A stretch of 64,000 nt of DNA from NCBI GenBank assembly GCA_964409335.1, contig CAYPCW010000005.1, positions 6,820 through 70,819 on the forward strand, given 5' to 3'. The translations under genes and the position numbers were made by a program. Origin of the DNA: an uncultured bacterium. GTDB taxonomy: Bacteria > Fidelibacterota > Marinisomatia > SCGC-AAA003-L08 > JACNLC01. Position 1 is the stretch's first letter; each line of letters starts with the position of its first letter. Positions 8,501 through 19,533 of the stretch are shown piece after piece. The notes below the pieces were generated by a model that saw nothing but the letters and a program-made list of their open reading frames with translations, made no database searches and was not told where the DNA came from.

Positions 8501-10321
8501 CTACTCCTCCGAGCGTCTTGCGGATATTCGTTTGTTGGCGTCCAGCTCCATTTTACGTAACCGGATACTGATCGGCGTCACTTCCACCAGTTCGTCTTCC
8601 GAGATGAATTCCAGAGACTGATCCAGCGATAAAATTCTCGGTGGACGCAGGGTGACGGTGGCATCTGAGGTGGAGCTTCGCATGTTTGTGAGTTTTTTCT
8701 CCCGGGTGATGTTCACATCCAGGTCCTGTGGCCGGTTTCGCTCTCCGATGATCATTCCGCTATACACCTCCGTACCGACGCTGACAATCATCTCTCCTCT
8801 GTCCACCATCGCCAGGCTGGCATAGGACGTGACCCTGCCGGTTCTGTCAGCCACCAATGTCCCGCTCTGGCGCTGTGGGATGGGTCCGAACCATTCCGCA
8901 TATCCGTCAAAAAGTTTATTCATGATTCCAGCGCCTTTGGTATCGGTGAGAAACTGGCTGCGAAACCCAATGAGACCCCGGGAAGGAATACTAAATTCCA
9001 GGCTGACCCGTCCATGCCCATGGTTGTGCATTTGGGTCATTCGGCCTTTTCTACGGGATAATTTCTCCGTCACAACGCCCACATATTCTTCCGGGATATC
9101 GAAGAATACCCGTTCCATGGGCTCCATCAGCTTTCCGTTCATTTGTTTCGTGATGGCGCGGGGTTTGGATACCATAAATTCATAGCCTTCCCTTCGCATC
9201 GTCTCAATGAGAATCGCCATTTGTAATTCGCCCCGTCCCCAGACTTCAAAAGCGTCTGCCCGTTCCCGTTTTTTTACCCGCAGAGATACGTTGCTTAAGG
9301 TTTCTTTTTGCAGACGATCCAGCACATGGCGCGAGGTTAGATATTTTCCTTCCCTGCCGGCGAAGGGTCCGGTATTCACATAAAAGATCATCGATACCGT
9401 GGGTTCATCCACAACGATCCGGGGCAGGGGTTTCGGGTCTTCATCAGATGAGATGGTGTCGCCGATCTTTACATTCTCTACTCCAGCCACGGCAATAATA
9501 TCTCCTGCTTCAAGACGATCAACTTTTAATTTTGTCAGCCCCTGAAAGGTATAACAGGCTGAAAATTTGATTCCGTGAACGATTCCGGTCTCCGTGCACA
9601 AACTGTGGCGGGTATTCATCTCCAGGCTGCCATTGTTTAATCTGCCAATAGCAACCTGTCCCACATAGGGGTCATAGTCCAGATTGGTCACCAGAAACTG
9701 GGGGATATGATCATCGGACGCCACCGGTCCGGGTATTTCTGATAAAATGGTATCGAAAAGCGGTTTGAGAGTGGTGGAATCATCCTCAGGATGAAGATGA
9801 GCCTCACCGGTCTTTGCATTCGTGTAGAGAATGGGAAATCCGATTTGATCGTCGTTGGCATCCAGATCAATAAACAGATCGTACACCTCGTTGACCACCT
9901 CATCGATCCGGGCATCTTTGCGGTCAATTTTATTGATAATCAAAATGGCGGGTAGTTTTTTATCCAGCGCTTTTTTCACCACAAACCGGGTCTGGGGTAA
10001 AGGTCCTTCGCTGGCATCTACCAGCAACAATACGCCGTCCACCAGATTCAGGCTGCGTTCCACCTCACCGCCAAAATCCGCATGTCCGGGGGTATCGACA
10101 ATGTTGATTTTTACATCATTGTAGATCACCGCCGTGTTTTTTGCTGCGATCGTAATTCCCCGTTCCCGTTCCAGGTCCATGGAATCCATCACCCGTTCGG
10201 TGACTTCCTGGTTGTCCCGGTAGGTGCCGCTCTGCTGTAACATGGCATCTACCAATGTAGTTTTACCATGGTCCACATGAGCAATGATGGCAATATTTCT
10301 AAAATTGGTTTTTCTGTTCAA
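8501..10321 (-). CDS. typA: translational GTPase TypA/BipA
   Basis: G motifs [29 protein letters not shown] and NKIDR, with EF-G-like domains. The TTG start at 10321 gives 607 aa and the usual short N-terminus; the track ORF extends to 10426. Confidence 0.92.
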   Translation of the reverse strand: MNRKTNFRNIAIIAHVDHGKTTLVDAMLQQSGTYRDNQEVTERVMDSMDLERERGITIAAKNTAVIYNDVKINIVDTPGHADFGGEVERSLNLVDGVLLLVDASEGPLPQTRFVVKKALDKKLPAILIINKIDRKDARIDEVVNEVYDLFIDLDANDDQIGFPILYTNAKTGEAHLHPEDDSTTLKPLFDTILSEIPGPVASDDHIPQFLVTNLDYDPYVGQVAIGRLNNGSLEMNTRHSLCTETGIVHGIKFSACYTFQGLTKLKVDRLEAGDIIAVAGVENVKIGDTISSDEDPKPLPRIVVDEPTVSMIFYVNTGPFAGREGKYLTSRHVLDRLQKETLSNVSLRVKKRERADAFEVWGRGELQMAILIETMRREGYEFMVSKPRAITKQMNGKLMEPMERVFFDIPEEYVGVVTEKLSRRKGRMTQMHNHGHGRVSLEFSIPSRGLIGFRSQFLTDTKGAGIMNKLFDGYAEWFGPIPQRQSGTLVADRTGRVTSYASLAMVDRGEMIVSVGTEVYSGMIIGERNRPQDLDVNITREKKLTNMRSSTSDATVTLRPPRILSLDQSLEFISEDELVEVTPISIRLRKMELDANKRISARRSEE

Positions 10322-10432
10322 TGATTTTCCTGTTTTGGCGTATAAAATTTTCGGGTGTAAGATGACAATAATCATGTGCAGACGGGACCGAACCAGACCC
10401 GTCAGCCACCGGTAATTTATCAACAAAAACGA

Positions 10433-13400
10433 CTACCAGTACTGCCAATTCTTTCCACTTTTGGTTGTGAGTTTGATATCTCTAAGGTCCGGATTGCTCA
10501 CATAGATTTTCAATGAATAACTACTGTTCCCTTCCGATGGGAACCACCGAAATTCAAACTTCCAACAATGAAGGGGGCGGCTGAAAGAAAAAGATTGGGT
10601 AACGAGGCTCTGTTCCAACAGATTGATTTGATTAGAATATTGCATTAACCAGTTTTTTGTGATATGGACGTTGAGCGTCGTCATCAAATCAACCTTTTTG
10701 TCGCTTATGACCCTGATCCCTTCCACACGTCGGGTCAATGAATAGTGAAGAGATAAAATAGCGGTCCAGAGTTCTGATTGATTCATTGACGGAGGCGGCT
10801 GATTGATATTAATACTACCGAGATAGTCATCCGGCAGTGAATTATCCGTTAAGACCGTATCGGGGGGTAAACTGCTTTTTTTATCTCCGAAACGCGAGCC
10901 ATTTAATCTGACACGGGTTCCCAAATTCATACTGGTTAACCGTGGTAATGATGCAAATTTATCAACCGGCCGCAATACAGCCGTTTCCTGATCAGGCGCC
11001 AGTTTATACAGATTGTGGCTCATATTGATGTCCAAATCCAGTCCGCCCGGCATCAATACCCGAATTGTGGAATTGATGGGTGAAAATTTCAGGCTGTCAG
11101 CGGTGACATTATACCCTGTAGACATATTCCATGTGAGAAAAGTCTCTTTCGTATAATTATTTTCTCCCAGTTTATATTTGTATTGAAAATCATTATCGAG
11201 AGAAAAATTGATACTTTTTGATTCCGTCAGCCGGGTTGCGCCGGCAGTACTTCCACTGAACCGGTCAAATAATTCACCATGGATATCCCGCTGAAAATAT
11301 CCCGGAGAAACCCCAAAAATGTCCTTCGAAAAATCAGGATGCCATGAAAACCCCAGAGTGGGGGTCATCACATGGCGTAACGCATCCAATCGACCCAAAC
11401 GTACCGGAAAGGTACCGTAAATATTGGTGTTGGCATTCAGACTCAGGGAAAACGTATGCCGGGGTCTGAATTTCTTAACTTCATCGTAAAGGATGGTTAA
11501 CCCCGCTTTTTTAAATGCGCCGGTGGAGTCAAACTGAGCTTCCCTATATTTGTACACCCAGTCCTCGGTGAAATTAACCGTCGGATTCAGCGTGAGCCAT
11601 CCCTTGAATTTTTGCGGGGACGTCAGGGTAAATACATGTTTCGTCGTGTATTGCACATCATAATTTCTTCCTGTCTGCCAGGTGGTATCCGATGCAGCGA
11701 CCAGCGAAACATTTTGCTGAGCTTTTATATTACTGGACATTCGCCAGTAGATAGAATTGTACCATTTTGGACCATTCCCGAATACCTGTGACTGGTTGTG
11801 ATTAAAAATGACAGCCGGTATAATGCGGGTTCGCTCTAATAATTTGTCACCCTGGGATTTGGATTTATCAATGGGTAAACTCTCTGCTGCAACCAGATCA
11901 TAATCTTCAGATAGACTAACAGAAAGCGAATTTTTTGTGGATGACCAAATTTTTGAATAATTGACCTTAGACGTCAGGCGTTGTTCCAGCCGGGTATCTA
12001 AATCATATCCATAATTCTGGTTGAGGGTATTATCCGACAGGTAACTGGCATCAATGTTCAGATGTTGAGTCGGGTCAATGGTCTGGCGATGATACCACCG
12101 CATCTTCCATTTTTTTAACACATTTTGAGAGAACAGATCCGTGATCTCATTCGAATAAATATCCCGGTAAGCCTGTGTATTTATGTTCCCTTGGAAGTGG
12201 TAGCGTTTTGCATATCTGAAGATACCATTCACGTCAAAACCTTTTTCATCGTAGAAATTCAGGAGGATTTTTCCGTCTAAATAATCGTTTGGCGCCCAAT
12301 AATATCCCAGTTTTTCGAAATAGGTGCCGGAGCTGGGACGATGACCGAACGTCGGCATGATCCACCCGCTGTGGCGGTTCCCACCCTTGTTGGGGAAGAC
12401 CGCAAAGGGGACCGCAAATACCGGCACTTCATAGATGTACAGGATGATGGGTTTGGCGATCACTTTATCTCCGGTTGTCATTTTCATTTGCCGGCTGCCC
12501 AGGTAGAAATGCGGCGTATCCAAATCACAGGTGGTGTATGCGCTGGTTTGCATGTGAAAGACATTGGGGTCATCCCGGTACACCTGGTTCCCATAATAAT
12601 AGCCACTGTTAAATTTTGTTTCTCCCAGGACCACGCGACCGTGATGGGTGATGAGATTGAATTCCATAAACTCGCCGCTCATCGGTTCACTGGTGAGCGA
12701 AGTGATGGTGGGATACCGGTCATCCCGTGCTTCCGCCATCAGCATATCCGTGTTCCAGTCTGATTTGATATATCCCGCTGTCAATTTGCTGCCTTGATAA
12801 TCCACGCTTGCATCAGTGATTAAAAAAGTGATCTGCCGGTTCACATGATAGTCCATGTATTCCGCCTGATAGGTTATGGTCGAATCGATTGTAGTATTGT
12901 TTTTCTCCGGAATAAACACGCCCCGTCCGCCGCCGAACACCTGCAGACGATCGATCATTCCATCCAGAAAACCCACGGTAATCGTATCCCCGCTGGCAGT
13001 ATTTACGCCGTTCAGCAGGGTATCTCTCACCACATTGTATTCTGTAACCGCCATGCCGGTGAGCCGCAATTCACTCATTTTACCACAGGTAAAAAACGCT
13101 TTCAAATTGGCTGATGACATATTGTCCCGGAATATGTGAAGGTCTGGGTCACCGGGATAGAGAAAAGCATTCATGTCCTGGAAAGCCTTCGCGGACCCGG
13201 TAACATCGACCGATTGAATGAGTGAATCAGCATACTGTACCCGGATCAGATCACCGCTGATCCCCTTACCGGGTTCGGTCAGACTGCAGGACGAGGTCAG
13301 GATCATGAGTTGTGCCATATCATTATACGACAAGGATTCCGATACGAGATGACGGTCTGACTCAATCAAATCCGTGCCGCCCTGACTGTAAAAGGATGTC

Positions 13401-13936
13401 CCGCGATATCCTGTTGTTTTCCAATAATGAACAACCGCTGAAGACATGGTCTCTTTGTCGGTTTTCATGTGCACATTGCCCATCGCCACCCCGGAATCCG
13501 GTTCTGTCCAGTAATGCAGGGAATCGCAGGTGATGATCCGATCACCCCGGCGATAGTAGATGTCATCGTTTGCCCGGAGGTAACTGTTACTGTCGCTGTA
13601 AAACACCATCGTTTGGGAGAGAAGCGTGTCCTGCTCATCCACAAGTTTCACAGAGCCCAGCAGATGATATTCATTGCGTTTCGGGTAATGGATGGCTTTA
13701 TCGGTGTATAGCGTCATGGTGCCCCGCCGTAATATGACATTGTTGGTAAACTGCTGGACAGACTCACCATTTTCTAAGGTTTTTTCCAGGGAGCCGGCAT
13801 TAATGATCTTCAGGCGGGTATCTTGCTGCGCCTGTGCAAACATAAAGAAAAATAGAAGAATGGCGGCAAAAAATAGGCTTTCCCGGCGCGGATAAATTGC
13901 ACGGTCTGTCAAGGGTTCCTGATCTTTGAATTTCAA
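10433..13936 (-). CDS. large outer-membrane LptD/OstA-like protein
   Basis: 1167 aa with signal-like LFFAAILLFFFMFAQAQQ. N-terminal OstA-like repeats (LKIINAGSLE..., TMTLYTDKAIHY...) are followed by a long Tyr/Asn/Ser-rich beta-barrel-like C-terminal half ending in an aromatic residue (..NWQYW). Confidence 0.65.
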   Translation of the reverse strand: MKFKDQEPLTDRAIYPRRESLFFAAILLFFFMFAQAQQDTRLKIINAGSLEKTLENGESVQQFTNNVILRRGTMTLYTDKAIHYPKRNEYHLLGSVKLVDEQDTLLSQTMVFYSDSNSYLRANDDIYYRRGDRIITCDSLHYWTEPDSGVAMGNVHMKTDKETMSSAVVHYWKTTGYRGTSFYSQGGTDLIESDRHLVSESLSYNDMAQLMILTSSCSLTEPGKGISGDLIRVQYADSLIQSVDVTGSAKAFQDMNAFLYPGDPDLHIFRDNMSSANLKAFFTCGKMSELRLTGMAVTEYNVVRDTLLNGVNTASGDTITVGFLDGMIDRLQVFGGGRGVFIPEKNNTTIDSTITYQAEYMDYHVNRQITFLITDASVDYQGSKLTAGYIKSDWNTDMLMAEARDDRYPTITSLTSEPMSGEFMEFNLITHHGRVVLGETKFNSGYYYGNQVYRDDPNVFHMQTSAYTTCDLDTPHFYLGSRQMKMTTGDKVIAKPIILYIYEVPVFAVPFAVFPNKGGNRHSGWIMPTFGHRPSSGTYFEKLGYYWAPNDYLDGKILLNFYDEKGFDVNGIFRYAKRYHFQGNINTQAYRDIYSNEITDLFSQNVLKKWKMRWYHRQTIDPTQHLNIDASYLSDNTLNQNYGYDLDTRLEQRLTSKVNYSKIWSSTKNSLSVSLSEDYDLVAAESLPIDKSKSQGDKLLERTRIIPAVIFNHNQSQVFGNGPKWYNSIYWRMSSNIKAQQNVSLVAASDTTWQTGRNYDVQYTTKHVFTLTSPQKFKGWLTLNPTVNFTEDWVYKYREAQFDSTGAFKKAGLTILYDEVKKFRPRHTFSLSLNANTNIYGTFPVRLGRLDALRHVMTPTLGFSWHPDFSKDIFGVSPGYFQRDIHGELFDRFSGSTAGATRLTESKSINFSLDNDFQYKYKLGENNYTKETFLTWNMSTGYNVTADSLKFSPINSTIRVLMPGGLDLDINMSHNLYKLAPDQETAVLRPVDKFASLPRLTSMNLGTRVRLNGSRFGDKKSSLPPDTVLTDNSLPDDYLGSININQPPPSMNQSELWTAILSLHYSLTRRVEGIRVISDKKVDLMTTLNVHITKNWLMQYSNQINLLEQSLVTQSFSFSRPLHCWKFEFRWFPSEGNSSYSLKIYVSNPDLRDIKLTTKSGKNWQYW

Positions 13937-14159
13937 TGTAATGTCACCATACGGGGGATCAAAATTACTTTTTTAGACGGATAGGAATGAAATAAGGTTT
14001 CCAAAGAGAACCATAAAATTTACGAAGTGAAATATAATTTGGTGATATAAGATGATTAATGTTACATTTTTTAAAGGCATCCGCGATCAGAAAAAACCCG
14101 GTATTGCCAAAGATGAAAACACTGCCGGCGCTTAGCGTACCAATGACCGGTCTGCCGCC

Positions 14160-15707
14160 TTACTTTTCGTACACCACTTCACCGGCAATGACCGTCATCA
14201 TCACCTCTGTATTTAAAATCTCCGGCGGCGGAATCGTCGTAATATCCTCTGAAAGGACGGTCAGATCTGCACTATATCCGGGAGATATTTTCCCCCGTTG
14301 GCGGTCTTCGAAGGCGCTGTATGCGGCCCAGGTGGTAACCATTTTCAGGGCATCCAGAGGCGTTACCCGTTCACCGGCATACCATCCGGATTCAGGCATA
14401 CCGGCGTGATCCTGCCGGGTGACTGCAGCAGAAATTTCATGAAGCAGGTCCCCCGACTCAATCGGACAGTCAGAGCCTCCCGCCACCCTGATACCTTCCC
14501 GGATCAATGTATTCCATCGGGATATCCGATGCGCGCGGTGATCCCCGATGCGTTCACCCAGCCACCGCATATCCGACGTACAATGCGACGGCTGCATGGA
14601 CGGAATAATGTCATTTTCGCCAAATTTGTGGATGTCTTCCGTGGTCAACATCTGGGCATGTTCAATCCGCCACCGGTGTGGATTTTTTCCACCCAGTACC
14701 CGGTGATACAGATTCAGCACCAACCGGTTCGCCCGGTCGCCAATCGCATGGGTATTCAACTGGTATCCGGCGTCAAGACAACGTTTTGCCAGCGCTTCCA
14801 ATTCATCCTCAGAAAGGAGGATCAATCCAGAATTATGCGGATCATCAGAATAGGGTTCCAGCAATGCGGCGCCCCGGCTGCCCAGCGCTCCATCCACAAA
14901 TGCCTTTACCGACCGGATGATGAGCCGATCAGAAATAAAGGGTCCGTGTTGAAAATATCGTTCAAGTAATTCCGGTTCATCGCTGGCAAGCATTCCGTAA
15001 CAATTCATCTGGAATGATTCATTATAGATCATGTTCTCTATCGCCGATACCGTTGCAGAATCCATCCACGCATCATGGACCATAGTGATCCCCCGGCGCC
15101 ACAATTCCGGCAGCGCCCGGTGAATGAATTGGCGGATCTGTTTACCGGTTTTTTGTGGGAGCGCTTTCCAGATCAACCTCATGGCGTTATCGATGAATAT
15201 GCACCCGTTCACCACTCTGCCACCCTCGGGGAGGGACATACCGGGGGAATATCCCGCTAAATTCCTGGCGGCTTCATTGACCCATGCCGCATGACCATCC
15301 ACGCGGGTAAGCATCACGGGATGTAAAGGGATCTGTTCATCCAGTATATCGACAGGTGGAAATTCGGGTGATTCCCAACATGTCTGGTCCCAGCCCCGCC
15401 CGGGAATCCACGATCCCGGCGGATGGTTTTTTGCCTCATCTGCTACCATTTTTGCGATGGTATGGGGTGATTTTACGCCTGTAAAAGACAGTTCAGATAA
15501 AAATTTACCGAAGTTGGCCAGATGCATATGGGCGTCACAGAGTCCCGGGATCATAACCCTGTTTTTCAGATCGATCACCCTCCCGGAGGGCGGTTCGTTC
15601 ACGCCGGTGATCCGACCCTTTGATACGGTGACGGTTTTTGCATGCGGCCGGAGTTTATCCAATGTGAGGATATGGCCATTAACGAATGTCGTTGGTTTTT
15701 GGCTCAT
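14160..15707 (-). CDS. metal-dependent amidohydrolase (YtcJ-like, Amidohydro_3)
   Basis: N-terminal FVNGHILTLD and IPGLCDAHMHL (HxH metal site), later HAIGD and a GSD segment. The ATG at 15707 is preferred over the TTG at 15761. Confidence 0.8.
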   Translation of the reverse strand: MSQKPTTFVNGHILTLDKLRPHAKTVTVSKGRITGVNEPPSGRVIDLKNRVMIPGLCDAHMHLANFGKFLSELSFTGVKSPHTIAKMVADEAKNHPPGSWIPGRGWDQTCWESPEFPPVDILDEQIPLHPVMLTRVDGHAAWVNEAARNLAGYSPGMSLPEGGRVVNGCIFIDNAMRLIWKALPQKTGKQIRQFIHRALPELWRRGITMVHDAWMDSATVSAIENMIYNESFQMNCYGMLASDEPELLERYFQHGPFISDRLIIRSVKAFVDGALGSRGAALLEPYSDDPHNSGLILLSEDELEALAKRCLDAGYQLNTHAIGDRANRLVLNLYHRVLGGKNPHRWRIEHAQMLTTEDIHKFGENDIIPSMQPSHCTSDMRWLGERIGDHRAHRISRWNTLIREGIRVAGGSDCPIESGDLLHEISAAVTRQDHAGMPESGWYAGERVTPLDALKMVTTWAAYSAFEDRQRGKISPGYSADLTVLSEDITTIPPPEILNTEVMMTVIAGEVVYEK

Positions 15708-15878
15708 GATTGATTTGGGATTGTTGAATTTTCCATGGTGGAAATATACTTCGGTTTTCAAGTTTGGCCGAAGCGTTCATCCGGCAGCTGCCGGATTTCC
15801 CTCGAATTTCAATTCATCAGCGCTATCAGCCTGCTGTATATTTCACAGATGGATTCCCCGGCGTTTCACACCGAAATA

Positions 15879-16190
15879 ATGATACAATCATTGACGGCTG
15901 TGTACTTTTACACGACCGGGTGTGCCGGGTGTAAATCCATGAAACTTAAAATATCCCTGCGAATGGTATCCGATTCTCTTTTCCGGCTGATCATGGTTGA
16001 TTGTGAGATTTCATCCTGGGAATCAGGCCAATACCTGATATTCACCGTCCCAACGTCGATCCTGTTTCTGAATGGTAGGGAATTCCGGAGATTCAGCAGG
16101 TTCATTGATCTTACAGATGTTGAATCGACCATATTCCGAATGCGCTCAATACAGGCATCGGGTGTAGAATCTGATCCCGCACAAATTTAA
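15879..16190 (+). CDS. thioredoxin-fold protein (CAGC active site)
   Basis: 103 aa with AVYFYTTGCAGCKSM (CxxC) and the cis-Pro region FTVPTSILFLNGRE typical of thioredoxins. The upstream part of the track ORF overlaps the amidohydrolase gene and is discounted. Confidence 0.6.
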   Translation: MIQSLTAVYFYTTGCAGCKSMKLKISLRMVSDSLFRLIMVDCEISSWESGQYLIFTVPTSILFLNGREFRRFSRFIDLTDVESTIFRMRSIQASGVESDPAQI

Positions 16191-16208
16191 ATAGGGCAAA
16201 AAGTAAAT

Positions 16209-16527
16209 ATGAAAATTATCGATTTAAGAAGTGATACTGTCACTCATCCCCCACCTTCCATCCGGCAACTGCCGGATGAGTCGGGCCGAACTGGGAGATG
16301 ATGTGTTCGGCGATGATCCTACGGTAAACCGGTTACAGGCCATGGCTGCCGACCGATTTGGGAAAGAAGCAGCTTTATTGGTTCCCAGCGGGACAATGGC
16401 AAACCTGGTATCGGTGCTGGTTCACTGTCCCCGGGGGACGGAAGTTATTTTAGGGGATAAATCCCATACGTTCATTTATGAGGGCGGAGGAATTGCGGCG
16501 CTCGTCGAGCGCGAGTTCGGGCGGTGA
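16209..16527 (+). pseudogene. ltaE: L-threonine aldolase (LtaE-like) remnant, frameshifted and 3'-truncated
   Basis: Frame A from ATG 16209 gives [20 protein letters not shown] and stops at 16299-16301. The +1 frame continues [41 protein letters not shown]...[17 protein letters not shown], which matches LtaE N-terminal blocks. Homology ends near 16503; about 95 of roughly 340 residues are present. Confidence 0.75.
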
Positions 16528-16534
16528 GGGCGGG

Positions 16535-17218
16535 ATGAGACGAACAAACTATCTCAGGGACATGTCGGCGCCGGGCATCTTTTATACCCTGCATCCCAAC
16601 CTGCTGATCGGGCTCTATCGCGCGATGGACGTGTTCTGGACGCTGCGCGCGAGGGACGCGCGACGATCCGGGGAGGAGATCGGGTTCTACGAGTTCGGGC
16701 TGTTCCAGGGATTCAGCTTCTGGTACGCGAACAACCTCGCCTACGAGATGGGGATGTCGATGGAGTTCCACGGGTTCGACTCGTTCCAGGGCCTGCCGCC
16801 GTCGGAGGTGGACATCCACAGGAACTGGGCTCCCGGGAATTACGCCTGCTCGCTCGAGCAGGTTCAGGACAGCCTCACCAAATGGGGCATGCCGCTGAAG
16901 TTCCACCTACACCGGGGCTGGTACTCGAAGCAGCTGTTCTCGACGGTCGCGAAGCGGCATGCGCTGCCCGTGGCGGGGATCGCGCTGATCGACTGCGACC
17001 TCTACGAATCGGCGAGAGAGGTGCTGTCGTTCCTGGAAACGCTCATGGCGAAGAACACGATCCTGATGTTCGACGACTACAACGCGTTCGGCGGGGATTC
17101 GAACCACGGCTAGCGCAAGGCGCTGGCGGAATTCGAGGCCGCGCACCCCGGCTTCCGGAAGGAGCATCTGTTTCCCTTCGGCGCGTACGGCGAGGCGTTC
17201 CGTGTCATCGATTGCTGA
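16535..17218 (+). pseudogene. TylF/macrocin-O-methyltransferase-like SAM methyltransferase with an in-frame TAG, in a GC3-rich cassette
   Basis: ATG at 16535 follows GGTGAGGG. Family-like blocks are GFYEFGLFQGFS, FHGFDSFQGLPPSE and IALIDCDLYESAREVLSFLETLMAKNTILMFDDY. A TAG at 17111-17113 is followed in frame by RKALAEFEAAHPGF...FRVIDC, then TGA at 17216-17218. Confidence 0.65.
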
Positions 17219-17273
17219 ACCTCGATTTTCGCCCCGGTATTTTGGTAAAATTTTCAAAAGTTAAAGGAATTTC

Positions 17274-18746
17274 ATGGCAAAAGGCGTAACTCCCAAGAGC
17301 GCAGATTACAATAAATGGTATACGGATGTGATTACAAAATCCCAACTGGCAGACTATGGTCCGGTAAAAGGCACAATGGTAATTCGTCCTTATGGATATG
17401 GCATTTGGGAATTTATCCAACAGGCTTTTGACCAGCGGTTCAAAGCCACCGGGCACAGCAATGCGTATTTTCCACTGTTTCTCCCCAAGTCCTTTTTATC
17501 CAAAGAAGCGGAGCATGTAAAAGGATTCGCCAAAGAATGTGCTGTCGTAACCCACTCCCGCCTGCGTGCCACTGCAGATGGTAAAAGCCTGGAAGTCGAC
17601 CCTGATTCCAAACTGGAGGAAGAGATCATCGTGCGCCCCACCAGCGAAACGGTGATCTGGTCTATGTATAAAAAATGGATCAGCTCCTATCGTGACCTGC
17701 CCCTGTTGTTGAATCAATGGGCAAATGTGGTCCGATGGGAAATGCGCACCCGGCTGTTCATCCGCACCAGTGAATTTTTGTGGCAGGAAGGTCACACGGC
17801 ACATGCCACTGCAGAAGAAGCCAGGGAGGAGACCCTGAAAATGCTGGAAATCTACCGTGAAGTCGCTGAAGATGTATTGGCGATCCCGGTGATCACCGGA
17901 TTAAAATCCGAGTCTGAAAAATTTGCCGGTGCAGTAGACACTTACTGCATCGAAGCGATGATGGGGGATAAAAAAGCGCTTCAGGCTGGCACATCCCATT
18001 ATCTTGGACAGAACTTTGCCAAAGCCTTCGACGTGAAATTTCAAAACGAGGACAATCAGGAAGAATACGTTTACGCCACCAGCTGGGGCGTCAGTACCCG
18101 GCTGATCGGCGCTGTTATCATGGCGCACGGCGATGATAACGGATTGCGGCTGCCTCCGAAGATTGCACCGATCCAGGTGGTGATCATCCCGATCCTGCGA
18201 AGTGATGAGGACGGCAAACAGGTTTCCGGTTACCTTCAGCCCCTCTTGGATACGCTCAGGAGGGATGGCCTCCGCGTCCATGTGGATGACCGCCAGAAAA
18301 TGTCCCCGGGGTTTAAATTTAACGAATGGGAAATGAAGGGTGTGCCGCTTCGGATTGAGGTGGGTCCGCGGGACATGGCGAACCGGAAGGTCGCAGCCGC
18401 CCGGCGGGATTCCGGGGAGAAATTCAATTTGGGGATTGATGAAGCCGGACAGAAAATCCCTGCGATACTAGTGGATATTCAACGATCTCTGTTTCAACAG
18501 GCATTAAACTTCCGGGATCAGAACACACATACAGTAACCACATATGATGAATTCAGGCACATTATCGAAACCGGCGGTTTTGTACGCTGCGGATGGGATG
18601 GCACACGGGAAACAGAAGACGCCATCAAAACCGAAACCAAAGCGACGATCCGGGTGATCCCGATTGATGAAATACCCGAAGGACTTACCTGTATTTATAC
18701 AGGTAAAAAAGCCAAGCGCGAGGTGATCTTCGCCCGGGCATACTAA
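17274..18746 (+). CDS. proS: prolyl-tRNA synthetase (archaeal/eukaryote-like short form)
   Basis: 490 aa with [23 protein letters not shown] and [36 protein letters not shown], plus a C-terminal zinc-less ProRS-C domain. Confidence 0.93.
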   Translation: MAKGVTPKSADYNKWYTDVITKSQLADYGPVKGTMVIRPYGYGIWEFIQQAFDQRFKATGHSNAYFPLFLPKSFLSKEAEHVKGFAKECAVVTHSRLRATADGKSLEVDPDSKLEEEIIVRPTSETVIWSMYKKWISSYRDLPLLLNQWANVVRWEMRTRLFIRTSEFLWQEGHTAHATAEEAREETLKMLEIYREVAEDVLAIPVITGLKSESEKFAGAVDTYCIEAMMGDKKALQAGTSHYLGQNFAKAFDVKFQNEDNQEEYVYATSWGVSTRLIGAVIMAHGDDNGLRLPPKIAPIQVVIIPILRSDEDGKQVSGYLQPLLDTLRRDGLRVHVDDRQKMSPGFKFNEWEMKGVPLRIEVGPRDMANRKVAAARRDSGEKFNLGIDEAGQKIPAILVDIQRSLFQQALNFRDQNTHTVTTYDEFRHIIETGGFVRCGWDGTRETEDAIKTETKATIRVIPIDEIPEGLTCIYTGKKAKREVIFARAY

Positions 18747-18786
18747 CGCCAATATCGCGGTTACCGTGAAGGATTCTTAACAAACG

Positions 18787-19533
18787 ATGTTGATTGAAAC
18801 CCGTGCTATTGTCCTGAAATCCTTCCCTTACGGAGATACCAGTCTCATTACCAGAATGTATACTGATGAGCAGGGGAAAGTCGCGACATTAGCTAAAGGT
18901 GCCCGGCGGCCCAAAAATAATATTACCGCACTGCTTGAGCCGTTAAACATCGTGGAGGTGAGTTATTATTACAAAGATGGCCGGGGAATACAGACATTAA
19001 AGGAAGCAAACGGATCTGTTGTAATTTCGAGAATCCGGGAAAATCTTGAACGATTGACCATTGCCCTTGCTGTGCTGGATATTTTAGACCACACAACGCA
19101 CGAATATGATCCTAACCCCATTCTGTTCCGGCTCGCCACCCGGACTATCAGCGAAATGGAAGCCATATCCGGGTCAGGCAGAACATTATTCTGGTTTTTT
19201 ATGCTGCAGATGGCGATCCGTACCGGCTTCAAGCCCAATCTATATCAATGCGGAACGGGAAATGAACCATTGACATCTGCAATTCTGGACCACACCTCCG
19301 GCGTACTTTGCTGTCCAAGGTGTTTGACCGGAGGCGACATTCGGTTAAATTCAGAGCAACTAATCATTCTGAGGCAGATGAACGAAAGCCATATCGATCA
19401 GTTGGGGAACCTCACCGTTAGAGATGAATCTGCATTGGGAATATCCCAATTTCTTGTTGCCTATTTAACATTTCACCTTGAAGGGATGGGAAAAGTAAAA
19501 TCGTTGAAACTCATGGAGGCGTCCACTATATGA
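18787..19533 (+). CDS. recO: DNA repair protein RecO
   Basis: N-terminal OB block AIVLKSFPYGDTSLITRMYTDEQGKVATLAKGARRPKN and a C-terminal Cys cluster (CGTG...CCPRC). Confidence 0.85.
   Translation: MLIETRAIVLKSFPYGDTSLITRMYTDEQGKVATLAKGARRPKNNITALLEPLNIVEVSYYYKDGRGIQTLKEANGSVVISRIRENLERLTIALAVLDILDHTTHEYDPNPILFRLATRTISEMEAISGSGRTLFWFFMLQMAIRTGFKPNLYQCGTGNEPLTSAILDHTSGVLCCPRCLTGGDIRLNSEQLIILRQMNESHIDQLGNLTVRDESALGISQFLVAYLTFHLEGMGKVKSLKLMEASTI

Noticed and set aside
17111-17113. In-frame TAG in the methyltransferase as a recoded (pyrrolysine or reassigned) codon
   Set aside because: TAG is used as an ordinary stop elsewhere in the window (e.g. mgtE at 26972-26974 and the dockerin protein at 22750-22752). 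No pyl genes are present. A nonsense mutation or sequencing error is simpler.
16472-17289. Overlapping ORFs on both strands in the GC-rich cassette (16472-16906 minus, 16882-17289 plus, 16907-17257 minus)
   Set aside because: High-GC DNA keeps all frames open. Only the 16535-17218 frame shows family-like blocks; the others are Arg/Pro/Ala-rich artefacts.
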